A stretch of DNA of 63,094 nucleotides, counting the filler, from Reticulomyxa filosa (lineage: Eukaryota; Protista; Foraminifera): NCBI GenBank assembly GCA_000512085.1. It is 21 parts of 21 records of this genome, joined end to end, with 100 filler letters (N's around TTAATTAATTAA, not from the genome) between each part and the next. Parts side by side here need not be neighbours in the genome. Positions count along the whole stretch, not along the records: positions 34,867 to 38,293 come from ASPP01021655.1; positions 38,394 to 42,829 come from ASPP01024546.1; positions 42,930 to 44,335 come from ASPP01021271.1; positions 44,436 to 49,115 come from ASPP01005654.1; positions 49,216 to 52,322 come from ASPP01025322.1; 16 more parts are not named here. The stretch is one strand, 5' to 3'. Made by a program: the position numbers and the translations under genes. Numbering within the stretch: position 1 is the first letter of the stretch; the number at the start of each line of letters is the position of its first letter. Below the pieces are notes generated by a model, which was given only the letters and a program-made list of their open reading frames with translations, was not told the DNA's origin and made no database searches. Below, one piece after another: positions 37,331-50,499 of this stretch.

Positions 37331-38529
37331 GTTGCGTTGTTTGATATATACACATATATATTTGGACGCACTTTGGTTTATCTTTTTTGGTCTCTTGTCT
37401 TCATTGACGGATTTCAATTCCACCGACTTCCCCGTCACACCTGTTGCTTTTCCGTTATTTTGGTCTCATTATATAACCTCTTCACGGACGCAAAGGGGAC
37501 CAGCAACCTTCTTCCCTCGGGAGCCACAAAGAATTGTGTGCCATCCACAGTTCCGTTGTAATCGTTGGGCGACCAATTATCCACAACCTATACATCTTTC
37601 CTTTTTGCTTAGGAATGGCCACTGTGGAGGGAAACTAAAAAAAAAAAGAAGTGCAACACTCCCGACAAACGTATCAAAACGAATGATCCAGATGGACGGC
37701 AATGGAAAATGAAGAAATATAGATTGAGTAGTTGGCCACTGAAACACGTCCTTGGAATGGCGTTGATACACTTGATCAAAGACAAAAAAAAAATTATATA
37801 TAAAGTGACACAGTTGTTAAGAGGACAGATTGAAAAGAAATTAAAACGCTTGCCATCTCTCTTCTTCCTTTTCCTCGCAGTGTTCACACGAAACTTTGAT
37901 CAATGTGTTGAAACACTGTGTCACTCCAAATCAATCGGCTTTGAAAGTTTGGACTCTACGTTTATATATATGTGTGTTTGGTCCATATTCTTGATTATGC
38001 ATTGCTTATTTGTTGGTGAAAAAGTAGATAGACACAAGTACCTCTCAAAAATATATTGGTCACTGAGAAGAATTGATTATGTATGAAGACGAAGAAATAG
38101 TGATGGTAAATAAATATCAGAAACAATAACAAGTATCAAAACAATGTATTGACATTAGTCTGCACATGAATATATTTAATTTCACAACGAGCGAGCGGAT
38201 TGATGGTGTTGGTAAATTTTTAAGTACTATCAAAGAATCTCTCGATCAGTGGAACAACTTTAACAACAACAATTTCATGCGTAGGGAGTATCTNNNNNNN
38301 NNNNNNNNNNNNNNNNNNNNNNNNNNNNNNNNNNNNNTTAATTAATTAANNNNNNNNNNNNNNNNNNNNNNNNNNNNNNNNNNNNNNNNNNNNCACTATG
38401 CATACTATAGTTAACATGTCTGACTTACCATTAGATCTGATGCTTGATCCAATTCCATGTGGAATACCGGCATGACTTGCTGCCTCGACCATCCGGATCG
38501 CCTTTGCAAGCATTGCTATCAGCGAGTGA

Positions 38530-39516
38530 GTTTCGGTTTTGCCTGAGGTTCAGTAGAAGTTACCCAACCCTTGGAGTTCTGCCAAAAACAAAAGACGTGT
38601 ATTTGCCTCGAGATTGCCAATTTCCCGACCCCTTAAGGCTAAGCTAGGATCGATACCCTCTTACACAAGCCGCCCAGAGTTACTATCTCAATTACCAGGA
38701 GTTTGCACCTCGGTACACTTAAAGCAACTGATGTCAATATACGCAGTAAGTTTTAAAGCACTTTCACCTCTCAAGATGCAGAACCGACGATAATAGCCCC
38801 CTAAAATGAATTGCAACAAAAACTTTACCAAATGGTGAAAAAGTAAAAACCACAATACTAACAAAAATATAAAAAAATTTTTAATCACTAGTAAAAAAAA
38901 AAATTTTCGGACTTGACTTGAGGATTCTTGTTTTGTTGACACGACTTGACTTTTTCGATAATTTTGAGATATCTACTTGTTCTAAGTTTACTTGAAGTGA
39001 TCTCGAGATAATCTTGACGATTTTTCATGATGATAATATAGATTTAATTTTTTTTTCTGATGTTGCTGATCTAAGTTCTTTGGATTTGATTGGAGTGTTG
39101 GAATGTTGGAGCAAAGAAATTGTCGTCTAGTTTTCATATTCTTTTTCCACATTTGCTCAAATGTACTCTCATCAATTTTCTTTTCTTCATTTTGTTGTAC
39201 ATTTGAACTTGACACAACTAGGTGTTTCGGTTTTGCCCGAGGTTCAGTAGAAGTTACCCGACTTTCGAAATTCTACCAAACACAAAAGACATGTTTTCCC
39301 GAAAGCGTCGAACACTCTTAATGCTAAACAAGGATCGATACCCTCTCACGCAAGCTTCCCGTTGCCAGTAAAAGAATTACTATTTCAGTTACCATGAGTT
39401 TGCACTTCGGTACACTTAAGGCAACTACGCGGTAAGTTTAAAAGACTTCCATCTCTCACAGCCACACACTAGATGCTGAACCGACGATGAACCCCAAAAA
39501 TGAACTGCAACAAAAA
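38530..39516. repeat. Two diverged direct copies of a ~290-bp GC-richer element (38530-38822 and 39224-39516)
   Basis: Shared blocks gtttcggttttgccYgaggttcagtagaagttaccc, ggatcgataccctc, gagtttgcacYtcggtacacttaa and gaaccgacgat...aaaatgaaYtgcaacaaaaa. Confidence 0.9.
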
Positions 39517-39659
39517 GCGTTGCCAAAGCCACAATCACACACAAATAAATTGCAACCAAAATAACTAAGACACACGAATTTTGCAATCTTAGCAAAGATC
39601 ACAATCCTAAAACTTTTTCACTATGATCAATAGTGATCGATATATGTTTTATTATTATT

Positions 39660-41330
39660 ATTGATATGAAAAGGGATGAAGAAATTAAAGGTTTTCCATT
39701 GTGGAATGAGTATCATCAAATGGATATCACTGATGAAGAAATAATTGAAGGATCGATATATTTCATCTCATAAAGCGCAAGGACCTGACAATATTCATAA
39801 CCAAATGATCAAAAATGGCGTCCAAGCATTCATTAGTGTTATTATTTAATTGGAGTTTCAAGATTGGTTATGTTCCAAGCAAACATTGTTCCAATCCCAA
39901 AATCAGTTAGAGATCACATCATCTGCAAGAACTACTGACCAATCTCATGTTATCTGGAGTTGAGAAATTATTGTAAAGAATTATAACAATGAGATTAATA
40001 TGAAAATAAATTATTAACACAATGTCAAGCAGGATTTCAATCTTGGCATAACACATCAGAATTGTTATTACGAATGACTGAATCGATTTATTGGATGGTG
40101 TATTATATGCAGTATTAAAAAACAAAATGATACATGAATTTGGACGAAAAGGGAGAATTTATTGGTGGTTGGATATCTTCCTCAAAGATCAAATTGATCA
40201 AGTGGCATTAAACGGAATCGGAAGAATATTCAAAGTTGAGGTACTACATTGATCATCGGTATCTCCACTGTTGTATATCAACGATCGCTAGAGCAGTATT
40301 GTGGACATTTACACCAGTGACGAAAAACAGATGGAGATGCAATTGTCATTGATGCAAAAAGTTTGTATAAAATTTCATTGTGGACATAAAAATGAAAAAT
40401 GTTATTAGCTCCAGATAAAACTCAATTAATTACATTTAAGATGAAAAATAAACGAAAACATCCAAAGATGAAATTGAAATTGAAGAAGTATACCATGTGA
40501 AATATTTATGTTTAATTATTGATCAACAAATGACATTCCAGCAACATATTAACTACGTTTATAGCAAAGCATTGAAGAAACTTGGATATTTAACATTACT
40601 GCGTTCATATAAAGGAATTCGTCCAATCTTGTCTATGTACAATCCAAGGAATCACCCAATGATTATATGTGAATTAAGACATCCATCAAGCATTAAAATA
40701 CGTTCAACTAAATCAAAATGGCAAGGCGAACGAGTTTTAATCCTCTCTGACTTCAAATTTGCTGTGGATGCGATTTACAACAATTCAAAGATTTACAACT
40801 TTCCGATTGCATAGTGCCAAAGATTGATAGAAGAAATTGGAGAAAATGACGTTCCCGAAATTCATTGAATCAAAGGCCATTCTGGTATTCATGTAAATGA
40901 AAGAGCAGATGATGTGGCAAAGAAAGCAAGATTCCAAGCAAAAATTGACCAATCGAGTTATTTAGAAGACCAGACCGACAGTACCGTTCCCGAATTTCCA
41001 TTAATTGAATCCGTTCTTCATTAAAAAATAGAACCGACATTGGACAAATGAAGTAAACTATGGAACCACACAAACATCCTAAGCAGTATTTGTATAACCT
41101 AATTGAAGCACAATCATTTTAATGATTGGTGGTGCATGAGCGGATATTTGTGTGCATAGTTATTACATGTAAAGTGAGTTTTAATTCTTTCCTTTACAAG
41201 ATCAAAGATCGAAATCACTGGACTGCAAACGGTACGGAGATAAGAAGAAACTGTAGAACATTTCCTTATTGAATGCATTTCAAGTCGATGATAAGTCCGA
41301 CATTTGACACGTCCACAACTGCGACCCATA
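39660..41330 (+). mobile_element. Decayed non-LTR retrotransposon ORF2 (RT, RNase H, C-terminal Zn finger)
   Basis: KAQGPDNIHNQMIKNG and IVPIPK (RT domain 0/1), KYLCLIIDQQMTFQQHI, KGHSGIHVNERADDVAK (RNase H), EETVEHFLIEC; many stops and frameshifts. Confidence 0.9.
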
Positions 41331-42540
41331 CAAAAAAAAAGAAAAACGTAGTTCATCAAATATTGTATGCTAGATCAATTTGATAAGTTTTGGCATAACT
41401 TTACTTTCTTGCTGTATTCGTAACTCAAGTAATGTCAATTGTAAAATAGTATTGACTTTGTCATATGCAGTGGAATTAAGCAATCTAAGAATAATACAAA
41501 TTGTTACCATTTAAATTCTATAAAATCTTTTTTGCGTATTCTACTACTGCGTCCCAGAATGCAAATCAATATTCAAATGACTGTCAGTTAGAAGTCAAAG
41601 TTGTTTTTACACAAAATTGATTGAGTAACAAGTTTCCGTAACGTAATCTTACGCAATGTTATTTGTCATCAAACTTCGTTATGTTATTCAACTTGTACAT
41701 GTCCACGTATACTTTTTAATACTATACATAATGAATGCACCAGATAAGTAATTTAATTATCAAGTGAATATTACATCAGTTGAAATAATATCAACTGCTT
41801 CTTATATCTTTGTACATTCAAAAATGCTTTATGTACAAAGATTGCTCCAACAGTTGTATTTGCAACTTATGTGTATAGTAAAGTGATTGATTTATCAATA
41901 ATTCGCTTTGATACAAGTGTTCTGCAGTTCAACAAACATACTGTGAAATGTCTCATCACAATGCATTTAACAAAATATTGATTTATATGACATAAATTGA
42001 AAGCAATATCAAATGTCAAGCATATTGACATCGAAAATAAACAGTTAATGGTAAGTTTCTCAAAACTTACACTAGTATTTGCCATATTTCAATTATATTA
42101 TGTATGGTATCTTTTTCATCTATCAATTTAATCTGAATTAAATTGGCGATAGTGTTCAACATTTAATTTTGTACCTAATCTTGTTAATATTCCAAGATAA
42201 TTTGCTTTAAAATCTACTATCAGCTATTCTTTCCTGATGACTTATACTTGCGCTAAATCGTTTGTTTTGACACTTAATTATTGTTTTTATGGAACTCCTT
42301 TGGTGCTTGAAGCAGCCAATTCTTGATACACCAGTTTTGAGAAAATATAAAAAATTTTACAAGGTCGCTTTTTTCCACAAAATAAACATTACAAAATGTA
42401 AAAACTTTTTGATTACAACCAGTTGTAATCCAAGTTTTTAGAAAAATGTTACACCCAAATAGTTTGCTAACTCATTACATTCGAAAAACAAAACAGGACA
42501 ACGTAAAATAATTCCCAGACATCTCAAAAAGATTTTTAAA

Positions 42541-42826
42541 TTATTGCTCGTAGTTATACTTAGCTTGATATTTTGCTTTTTTTTGTGAATCTTTTTCAAG
42601 CATGGCTTGAATAATGTCTTTCAAAGGTGCCAATTCTTTATCGTCAACTAATTTGAATTCTTTTACAAAGTAAATAAAGTGTTTGAAGCACGTGTTCAAA
42701 TGGGCTTCACACTCCAATTGTGCCATTTTTTCAATGTGAGAGTGGTAAATATGACCATACACTCGAAATAGTCGTTTCAATATGGTTTTGCAAATGGAAC
42801 GAAAGTTTTTAGGAAATTGAACACCC
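42541..42826 (-). CDS. MOB1: MOB1 kinase activator, last exon
   Basis: FPKNF....KTILKRLFRVYGHIYHSH...EAHLNTCFKHFIYFVKEFKLVDDKELAPL. Confidence 0.95.
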
Positions 42827-42929
42827 TATNNNNNNNNNNNNNNNNNNNNNNNNNNNNNNNNNNNNNNNNNNNNTTAATTAATTAANNNNNNNNNNNNNNN
42901 NNNNNNNNNNNNNNNNNNNNNNNNNNNNN

Positions 42930-43560
42930 ATAATTTTTGTATTTTTTGACAAACCGTAAATAACACCCATTTTTTGGGCTTTTTGGGGCGTAAAGCTACG
43001 GCTCCACACGACAACATCCATTCCAAAGGACAAGGCACGAGTGACAACTTCGGTTCCAATGGCACCCAATCCAATGACAGCTAATCGTCGACCGCACAAG
43101 CCGTTGGCTTTGCCATACTCTTTCTTGTTCCATTTCCCGTCCCTCACGTCCTTCACATTGTCGGAGATCCTTCGATCCAAATTGATCAGGTGGCCTATTG
43201 TTAACTCGGCCACGGCAATCGAGTTTTTCCCTGGACAATTGGCCACAAAGATCCCTCGACGGCTTGCCTCAGCGACGTCGATCGTGTTCACGCCTGCACC
43301 CGCGCGGATTACTAACGACAGGTCGTGGCCTGCTTTCAAATGGTCTTTCGTCACTTCTGTTGACCTCACGATCAATATTGATGGCTTCACTTTCTCCAAT
43401 GCTGCCACTAACAAAGGCCCCTTCAGGTTCGCGTCACTCACTACTGCGCAATACTTCTTTAGCCCTGATTCCACCACGGAGACAGCTTGTCTGCTATCAA
43501 CACCACAAGCTTGTCTTCTGGTGCTGGCTCGGGACTCAATTCCATTTTATGTTCGGACAT
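42930..43560 (-). CDS. serA: D-3-phosphoglycerate dehydrogenase / D-2-hydroxyacid dehydrogenase, 5' part
   Basis: VLIADKL, LIVRST, IRAGAGVNTIDV, NCPGKNSIAVAEL and GLGAIG (Rossmann); 1-nt frameshift near 43479 between the ATG at 43560 and the main ORF. Confidence 0.85.
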
Positions 43561-43949
43561 GACTGAAAAGCTTTTGGAGTCTTATTGATCAATCGATTTC
43601 CTTTTATTTGTCCGCCCCCCCCCACCAAAAAAAAAAATATTTACACAGTTTCCACTTCTTGTGCTCACTATAATCATGCGTTATTGTATATCCTCTCTCA
43701 AAATAGGAACTGGAATTTGTAATGTTTTTGAAAAAAGACAGACGCAATGATATTTTAGCTTAAAAGAATTTACAATTTTTTTTTGCTTGCTGTATCTCCA
43801 GATTACAAGCATAAATTACCATAATATCAGCTTAAAAGCATTTTTAACATGACAGTTGATACGACGACAAAAGAGGGCGCTAAGCTCCAAAAGTGCACTT
43901 TTTTCCCTATTCACTCCATACATTTAATTTAGTCTAATTTAGGAGTATA

Positions 43950-44196
43950 ATGACATCATTACCATTGTCCGAAAGGATAGACGAACTTTTGCGTTTTGTG
44001 CAGTCGTTGCCAACAAGTGACAAGTCAAGTCGCCCTGACCAGTTTTTTTTGACAACAGCAATAAATTACACCAACGGCCGTCCGCATGTTGGGCACGCGT
44101 ACGAAGCAGTTGTGTCAGATATAATTACTCGTTATCACCGCATTTTTGGTCGAAAGGTATTTTTCCTGACAGGAACCGACGAGCATGGGCAAAAAG
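43950..44196 (+). CDS. metG: Methionyl-tRNA synthetase, first exon
   Basis: [21 protein letters not shown] (HIGH motif) and [11 protein letters not shown], followed by a GT donor. Confidence 0.93.
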
Positions 44197-44460
44197 TTAT
44201 TTCTATCAATTTGTGTGTGTATTATGAGGAGAAGAGGAGGAGGGGGGGGGGAGAGAAAAGTTTTGTTTTGAGCATTGAAATTTCTGTTGAAATTTCTGAA
44301 AATTTTCTTTTTTTTTTTTTTTAGTATTTAAAAAANNNNNNNNNNNNNNNNNNNNNNNNNNNNNNNNNNNNNNNNNNNNTTAATTAATTAANNNNNNNNN
44401 NNNNNNNNNNNNNNNNNNNNNNNNNNNNNNNNNNNAAAAAAAAAAAAAAAAAAAAAAAAG

Positions 44461-45554
44461 AAAACAAAACAAATTGCAACGATAATTGAACATTGGATTT
44501 ACTCACTGTCTGTCAAAAGAGGATGGATCGATGATTTTAACATAATCATTTCACGATATGTTGTGGTTAGCTTGTGTTGTCTTGTTTTTCAAAAAAAGCA
44601 ATGATATTCAATATATGTACATATTAAATATCATTAAAACAGATGAAATATTTCAGGCCGTTAAAAATATTCCGAGGATATTCTAGTCACGTGAACAAAG
44701 GAACATTTTCAGCAGACAATACCAAAATTATTTCACCTTTGAATAATGGGACGATTCAACTATGGGATATTTCATCGAAAAAAGAAATTTCAATATTGAA
44801 AGGGCATTCCGATAGAGTTAATGGTGCACAATTTTCACCAGATGGAAATATGGTGGTGACTTGTTCAATGGATAATACAATTCGATTATGGGATTTGCAA
44901 TTGTGCAAGGAGATAAAAAAATTGGAAGGACATACTCATGCTGTGACAAGTGCTCGATTCTCACCAACTGGCCAATGTATTGCCTCTAGTTCGTATGATC
45001 TAACTGTTCGTTTGTGGGATGTAACCTCAGGACAGGGAATAAAAATAATGAATGGGCATTCAGATATTATAAACGATGTGCAATTTTCACCAAATGGACA
45101 GCAGCTCGTATCATCATCTTATGACAAAACAATTTGCGTTTGGCATTTGAAATCTGGTAAAATATTGCATAAATTGGAAGGGCATTTTAACAATGTCGTT
45201 GAAGCAAAGTTTTCCTTCGACAGTTTGTCTATTGTATCTTGCTCGTGGGATAAAACTATTCGAATATGGGATGCGATATCAGGAACGCAATTGAAAAAAT
45301 TAGTTGGTCACATCGATTATGTCAACAATGTGCAATTCTTTCCAGATGATCAAACTATTGCGTCATGTTCGGCAGATCGTACAATTAGATTATGGGATAC
45401 AAAATTAGGAATAGAAATTCAAAAATTAACAGGACATTCCGACAATATGATAGGAGTAAATATTTCACCAGATGGCAACACAATTATGTCATCTTCAAAA
45501 GATAAAACAATCAGGTTATGGGGATCAGTACAAATAACATTTACAGATACCTAA
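44461..45554 (+). CDS. WD40-repeat protein with a short helical header exon (5' partial)
   Basis: About 7 GH...FSPDG...S.S.D.TIRLWD repeats; upstream exon 44461-44565 spliced in phase 0 through intron 44566-44642. Confidence 0.93.
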
Positions 45555-46594
45555 ATTCAATCAGCTAATTATACAATTTTATCGATGTTGTTGTACCATA
45601 AACTGATTAAGGAATGTTCTTTTTTAAAGTAATTTATTCTCTTTTTCTGCTTAAATGCAAGTGTAAAATTATGCTTAAATGTTTACAATTTTTTCTACAT
45701 ACAGAATCCTAACATAACTTGTACATAAGCTTATAAGTTGCCAACAGACAACTTTACATATCTATTTCAAGTTTATTCGTTTTTTAATTTCTCTTGTGTC
45801 TTTTAAACCATTTTATTTTGAAGTTTGGAGTAACAGTTTAACCGGTCTTTGAGAAGTTCAAAAACAAAGAAAAGGGTTCAAAAGTTCAAATTTGTCTCTA
45901 AAAGCTACTATGTTGCCTTCTTGTCACAAACTGAAAAAACTCAAACGCAAATTTGGTATGGATTACCGGTTTCGATTAAATTGTTGGCTACCACCTTAGT
46001 GCATTTTTTTAAGTACTAGCTAAGCAGTTGAACAGTAGGCTAAAAACATTTTCATCCAAAAAATTGTTAAATGTTCATCGATGGCAAAAATACGGTTGTG
46101 AGATATAAAATCAGCAAAGGTTGTAAAGATGTCTATTTACACAAGGAGTGGAGGCGATAACTGGAGTTGACCTCATTATTTTTTCGTTAGAATGTTAGTT
46201 TTTTTTAACAACTCTCTAGCCGGAGAGGACTCTCCAACGAACTTGGCCCGCAACAAAAAAATTCTAACCACGTGCTAAGTTTAAAATTTTTAGTTTATTA
46301 AGTATAAGTGAATTTAATTTTGTAATACCAAACAATTTTAAAAAAGTTTGTGAATTCAGAAGAAGATAAATAAATACATCAAAAAAACACAAAAGTTTTA
46401 CACAAATGAGGTAACACAACTGAAAGAAATGGGCAGTATTCATGATGAGGCCACATCATTAGCAAAAAAGAAATCGTACATAGTATTTTTTAAAAAAAAG
46501 TAACGTAGACAATGACCAACAATCTCTAAAAATATTATAAACTTCTCATCACTAATAATAAAGTAAAAAAAAAAAAAATAATTATTATTTTGCT

Positions 46595-47754
46595 TCAATT
46601 GAATTCTGAATTTTTCTGCTTTTCAGCAGTTAGTTGAAGAAAAGACTTACTAAAAGGGCGTACATGATGAACGCATTGAAACAACCTTTCATACAACGCA
46701 TCTCCAAAACGGAATGCACATGCCATCAAAACTTCGTTCAAAATAATGCCTACGAGGGCAAGTAAGAACCCAACTTCTTCAAACGTGTAAAAAAAAATCG
46801 CGGTCAGTATTGTGACAACCGACGAGGTTAGCGCAATGACACACGACCTTTGCACTCGAGAAAGTAGATCTTCCGGACTAGCATTTACATTCACAACGTC
46901 CATTACTTGCGCATTCAAATGTAATAATCGTCGAATATATTGATAACTTATAATGACAAATAGTGCTAAGATCATCAATGAAGCTATTTAAAGGCAATAA
47001 ATATATGTATACATATATATACATATATGCATATATATATATATATATTTTTTTTTTAAAGGAGGATTGATACACACACATACCTATGCCCGAATATACA
47101 AATTGACTAAAATATGAGCCACCGCATTCATAGATAGAATAATTGGCTCCGAAGGGGTTGAAATCACCTACATCTTGCGGCGTCAAACACCGAGAGAAGT
47201 AGGCGATAATTCCGGCACCCACAAGACCTATTACGCAGCTTGAAATAAGTATCAAATAAATCAACCATTTGTAGTGATTTCGCAATTGATAGGAGGTACG
47301 CTCAAAGGCTATTTGCAAACGTTCGAGCCAGAAACATATCAAACAAGGAGAAAGGATTGCAACCGATGACCATACAATGCCTTCATAAACTTGACAGTAA
47401 TATGGTATCTTAAAATACAGATAAAATTTATGCGAAAATGTGTCGTCGATAGTGTTCAACAGTATATACAGTATTGCAAACGCGTGGTATGTTAAAAGTG
47501 GTATAAACAAACGGCTGGGTATCTCATGCTGATTCGGAGGGCTGGCCACGCGAACATTGGTTTGCCCACTGGCTCCATGCTGGTGGATTGCACCTTTTTT
47601 TTGATTTTCTTTGACACGTTGCTCGAGAAAATGTAAATATTGTTACCGCTATTTGCAGTGTCAGTGCCAGTGGCAACAGAATTACTCTTGTCCCGGGTAA
47701 CGAGAAATTTGAGTTACCAGTCGAATTCTCATTTTCGCACAAATTTTTTGTCAT
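46595..47754 (-). CDS. Seven-transmembrane (GPCR-like) protein
   Basis: Seven hydrophobic segments, Cys at the top of TM3, ERL at the end of TM3 and Cys in ECL2; intron at about 46986-47082; frameshift in an A8 run near 47598. Confidence 0.6.
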
Positions 47755-50499
47755 GTTGCTTATCTGGAGGCTTGCAACGTTACTTTTTTAAACCAATAAA
47801 AGTTCTTTTTTTGTTCGTTGGAACGTTTTCCACTTTCATCACAGAAAAATTATCTACATAACTTAATTTCATTTTTTAAAAAATTGTTGAGCCAGAAATT
47901 AGTTAAAATCTGCATTTTCAAATAAATTTGAAAGAAGTCAGCAAAATTCAATTTTTTTTTCAAAAAACAAAATATGCTTTGTTTTCCTTGAGAACTGGCT
48001 ACACTAGTTTTATTGCAACGACAGCAACCAAAAATTACTGGAAAAAATTAAAACTGCCTTTGACAAATTTAAAAATGAAATGAACGTATTCTTAATAATG
48101 AATTAATTAGTAGTTTATCAGTTTATTTTTTTAAATCTTTGAAAACATTTTTTAGGTAACGTGTACTATTTATTGGACATATCCAAGTCTTACGTTTTTT
48201 TTTACTGGATCAGTGCTAACCTTTTTTTAGAAAAAGCAGAATTAACAATAAATTTTTTTTGAAATAATCAAGCAGTTATCAAAATTTTCCGTTTCTGAGA
48301 GGCATAATTTGTCGTTTTTGTCACTATGTCAGTATTTTGTCAATCAGGCTCAGAGGCAACCAGTAAGTACTGTCACTTGTGTGTGTGTTTTTTTTTAAGC
48401 GTGGGCATTGTTTTCGATAACCAACACAAACAGCGAAAGAAGAAACAATGAACCACGAGCAACAACCACTTAAAGTTCCACTCACGCCTCCAGGTGAAGC
48501 AAGTGCTATTTGTTGTGTATCAGATAAGAGATTGACAAGCAACACCAAGCATTTCAAAAAAAAAAAAAAAAAAAAGCTCGAAAGTTGAAAAAGTATCTCG
48601 GAGTTCGATAATATTAAGTCTTCGTCGCAAACGTATACACAAGAAAGGGGCAAAAAGCAAAAGCGAAAATGAGTTAATATCGCCAAGGATAGCAGTTTTG
48701 TGTAATTTGTTGGCTCTTGTTTCTTTTGCAATGTTATCAATGGTTTATAAATTGTACAATACAAACAAAAACAAAGGCATTGAAACGCAAAGAGGATTGG
48801 AGTGATTGGGTTGATGTGGGGTCACAAGTTATCCTTCAAACTAAACTATATGTTTACATAAGTATACGTGTTAGATAACAATACAAATTATTATTACTAC
48901 TATTTTATTTATTTATTTTTTTTTTAAGGGGCAATTGATTTTGAAAAAGACACATGACGACGAAAAAATGTGTAGTGGAAAAGAAGTATCGAGCCAAAAA
49001 GATGCAAAATTTTGTTTGAAAAGTTTTGAGCTGCTGAGTTCATATTTCTGAACCTCGTTTTTTATGGAGTGCAAAGGGGGAGTGGGGAAAATTTTTTGTT
49101 GTTGTTTTTTTTTTTNNNNNNNNNNNNNNNNNNNNNNNNNNNNNNNNNNNNNNNNNNNNTTAATTAATTAANNNNNNNNNNNNNNNNNNNNNNNNNNNNN
49201 NNNNNNNNNNNNNNNAAAAAAAAAATATACACAAATGTTTTAATTCAATTTTTTCCCATCTTTTTTTATTATTGAAAAATTTCACATATGGCTTTAAGTA
49301 TACTTAAAACGATCACCTTGGTATAATTTAAGTGAAGGGAAATGATGAAATACAAATATTCGTTTTTTGTTTTGATAAATGCCGTGTGAAAATACTTGTA
49401 GTAAGACGTTTAAACAAAGATTATTCTTAAAGGAATATATTTCAACATGTCAGGGCAATTAAAAGTAGAGACTAGTGGAAAGGGCATTAGCAGCTTTGTT
49501 TCAGGCACTAGAGGCGGATACAGCAATAAAAAAGAATGCAGCTCTGCAAACAAGCTTACAAAATAAAGGAAGAAGTGTTGAAAGGTTACCAAATTGTTAC
49601 GTTGGGAAAAACAGGACCTTATACAACTGCCAAATGCGTATATGAAAGTCAACACGTAGGAACAGATTTGTACTACGTCTGATCCTTACGCAAAAAATCA
49701 TTTACTGGGAGATATGGGCAAGAATTTTTATAGTAGATTTACATTCCACTTTGGCTTGGACGTGCTGGAAATGTTTTTTGAAAAGTTGGCTATGCTGTGA
49801 TTGAAATTGAAGAGATTGGAATTGGTAAATCAAATATTTCAATGGCTGTCCAAGAGAATAAATGTAAATGGTAAAAGGCGATCTGGAGATGATAGAGTCA
49901 ATCGCACACATTGTTTTGACTAAGAAGGCATTTGATTCTACTCCTGACATTTACACTTCAAACATATCTCCAATCCCCGACAATTCCTCACCAAAGTTAA
50001 TCTTCAATCGAGGGCTGTAGATACCATTCAGGTCAAAAATGGTTGATGAATTTTTTTTGACAAGACACAACAAAATCAATTGGTTGCTTTGGTTATTGAA
50101 TTGATTGTGTTTACTTTATCAATGTAGAGCTAAAATTTGTTTCCTCAAAAATTTCCAGGTCAGTTTCACTTCTAAGATTTTGCATTTATTGTTTTATCGT
50201 TTTTTCACAAAAAAAAAAAAATCTCCAATAATAAATGAAATTTTTCTTTTTATCTTGATAATGGAAAAATAAAAACTACAAATGTATGATATTTTTTGAT
50301 TTAAAAAAAATGTAGATCGTCGAAGCAACACTTTTTTTTTGATTTCAAGGGAAAATTGTTGAAAAGAAAAGAAGTAATTGATTCAAAATATGTTTTACAA
50401 CTTGCCATCATGCCTTGACCATCTGAGTATGTTAATGATCGCACTGCAAATGTTGCTGAATCAGCTATTTCTCAAATACAATGTCTTTCACTCACAGTA

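Noticed and set aside
39205-39260. Hammerhead-like arrangement on the minus strand (AACTT-CTACTGA...GAAACAC...GTGTC-AAGTT)
   Set aside because: The core is CTACTGA rather than CTGANGA, stem II does not close properly, and stem III/GUC is not conserved in copy 1
46185-46270. Short inverted repeats (gttagaat/attctaac) around a ggagag-ctctcc hairpin, as a MITE or ncRNA
   Set aside because: Only 8-bp arms, single copy and no target-site duplication; compatible with chance
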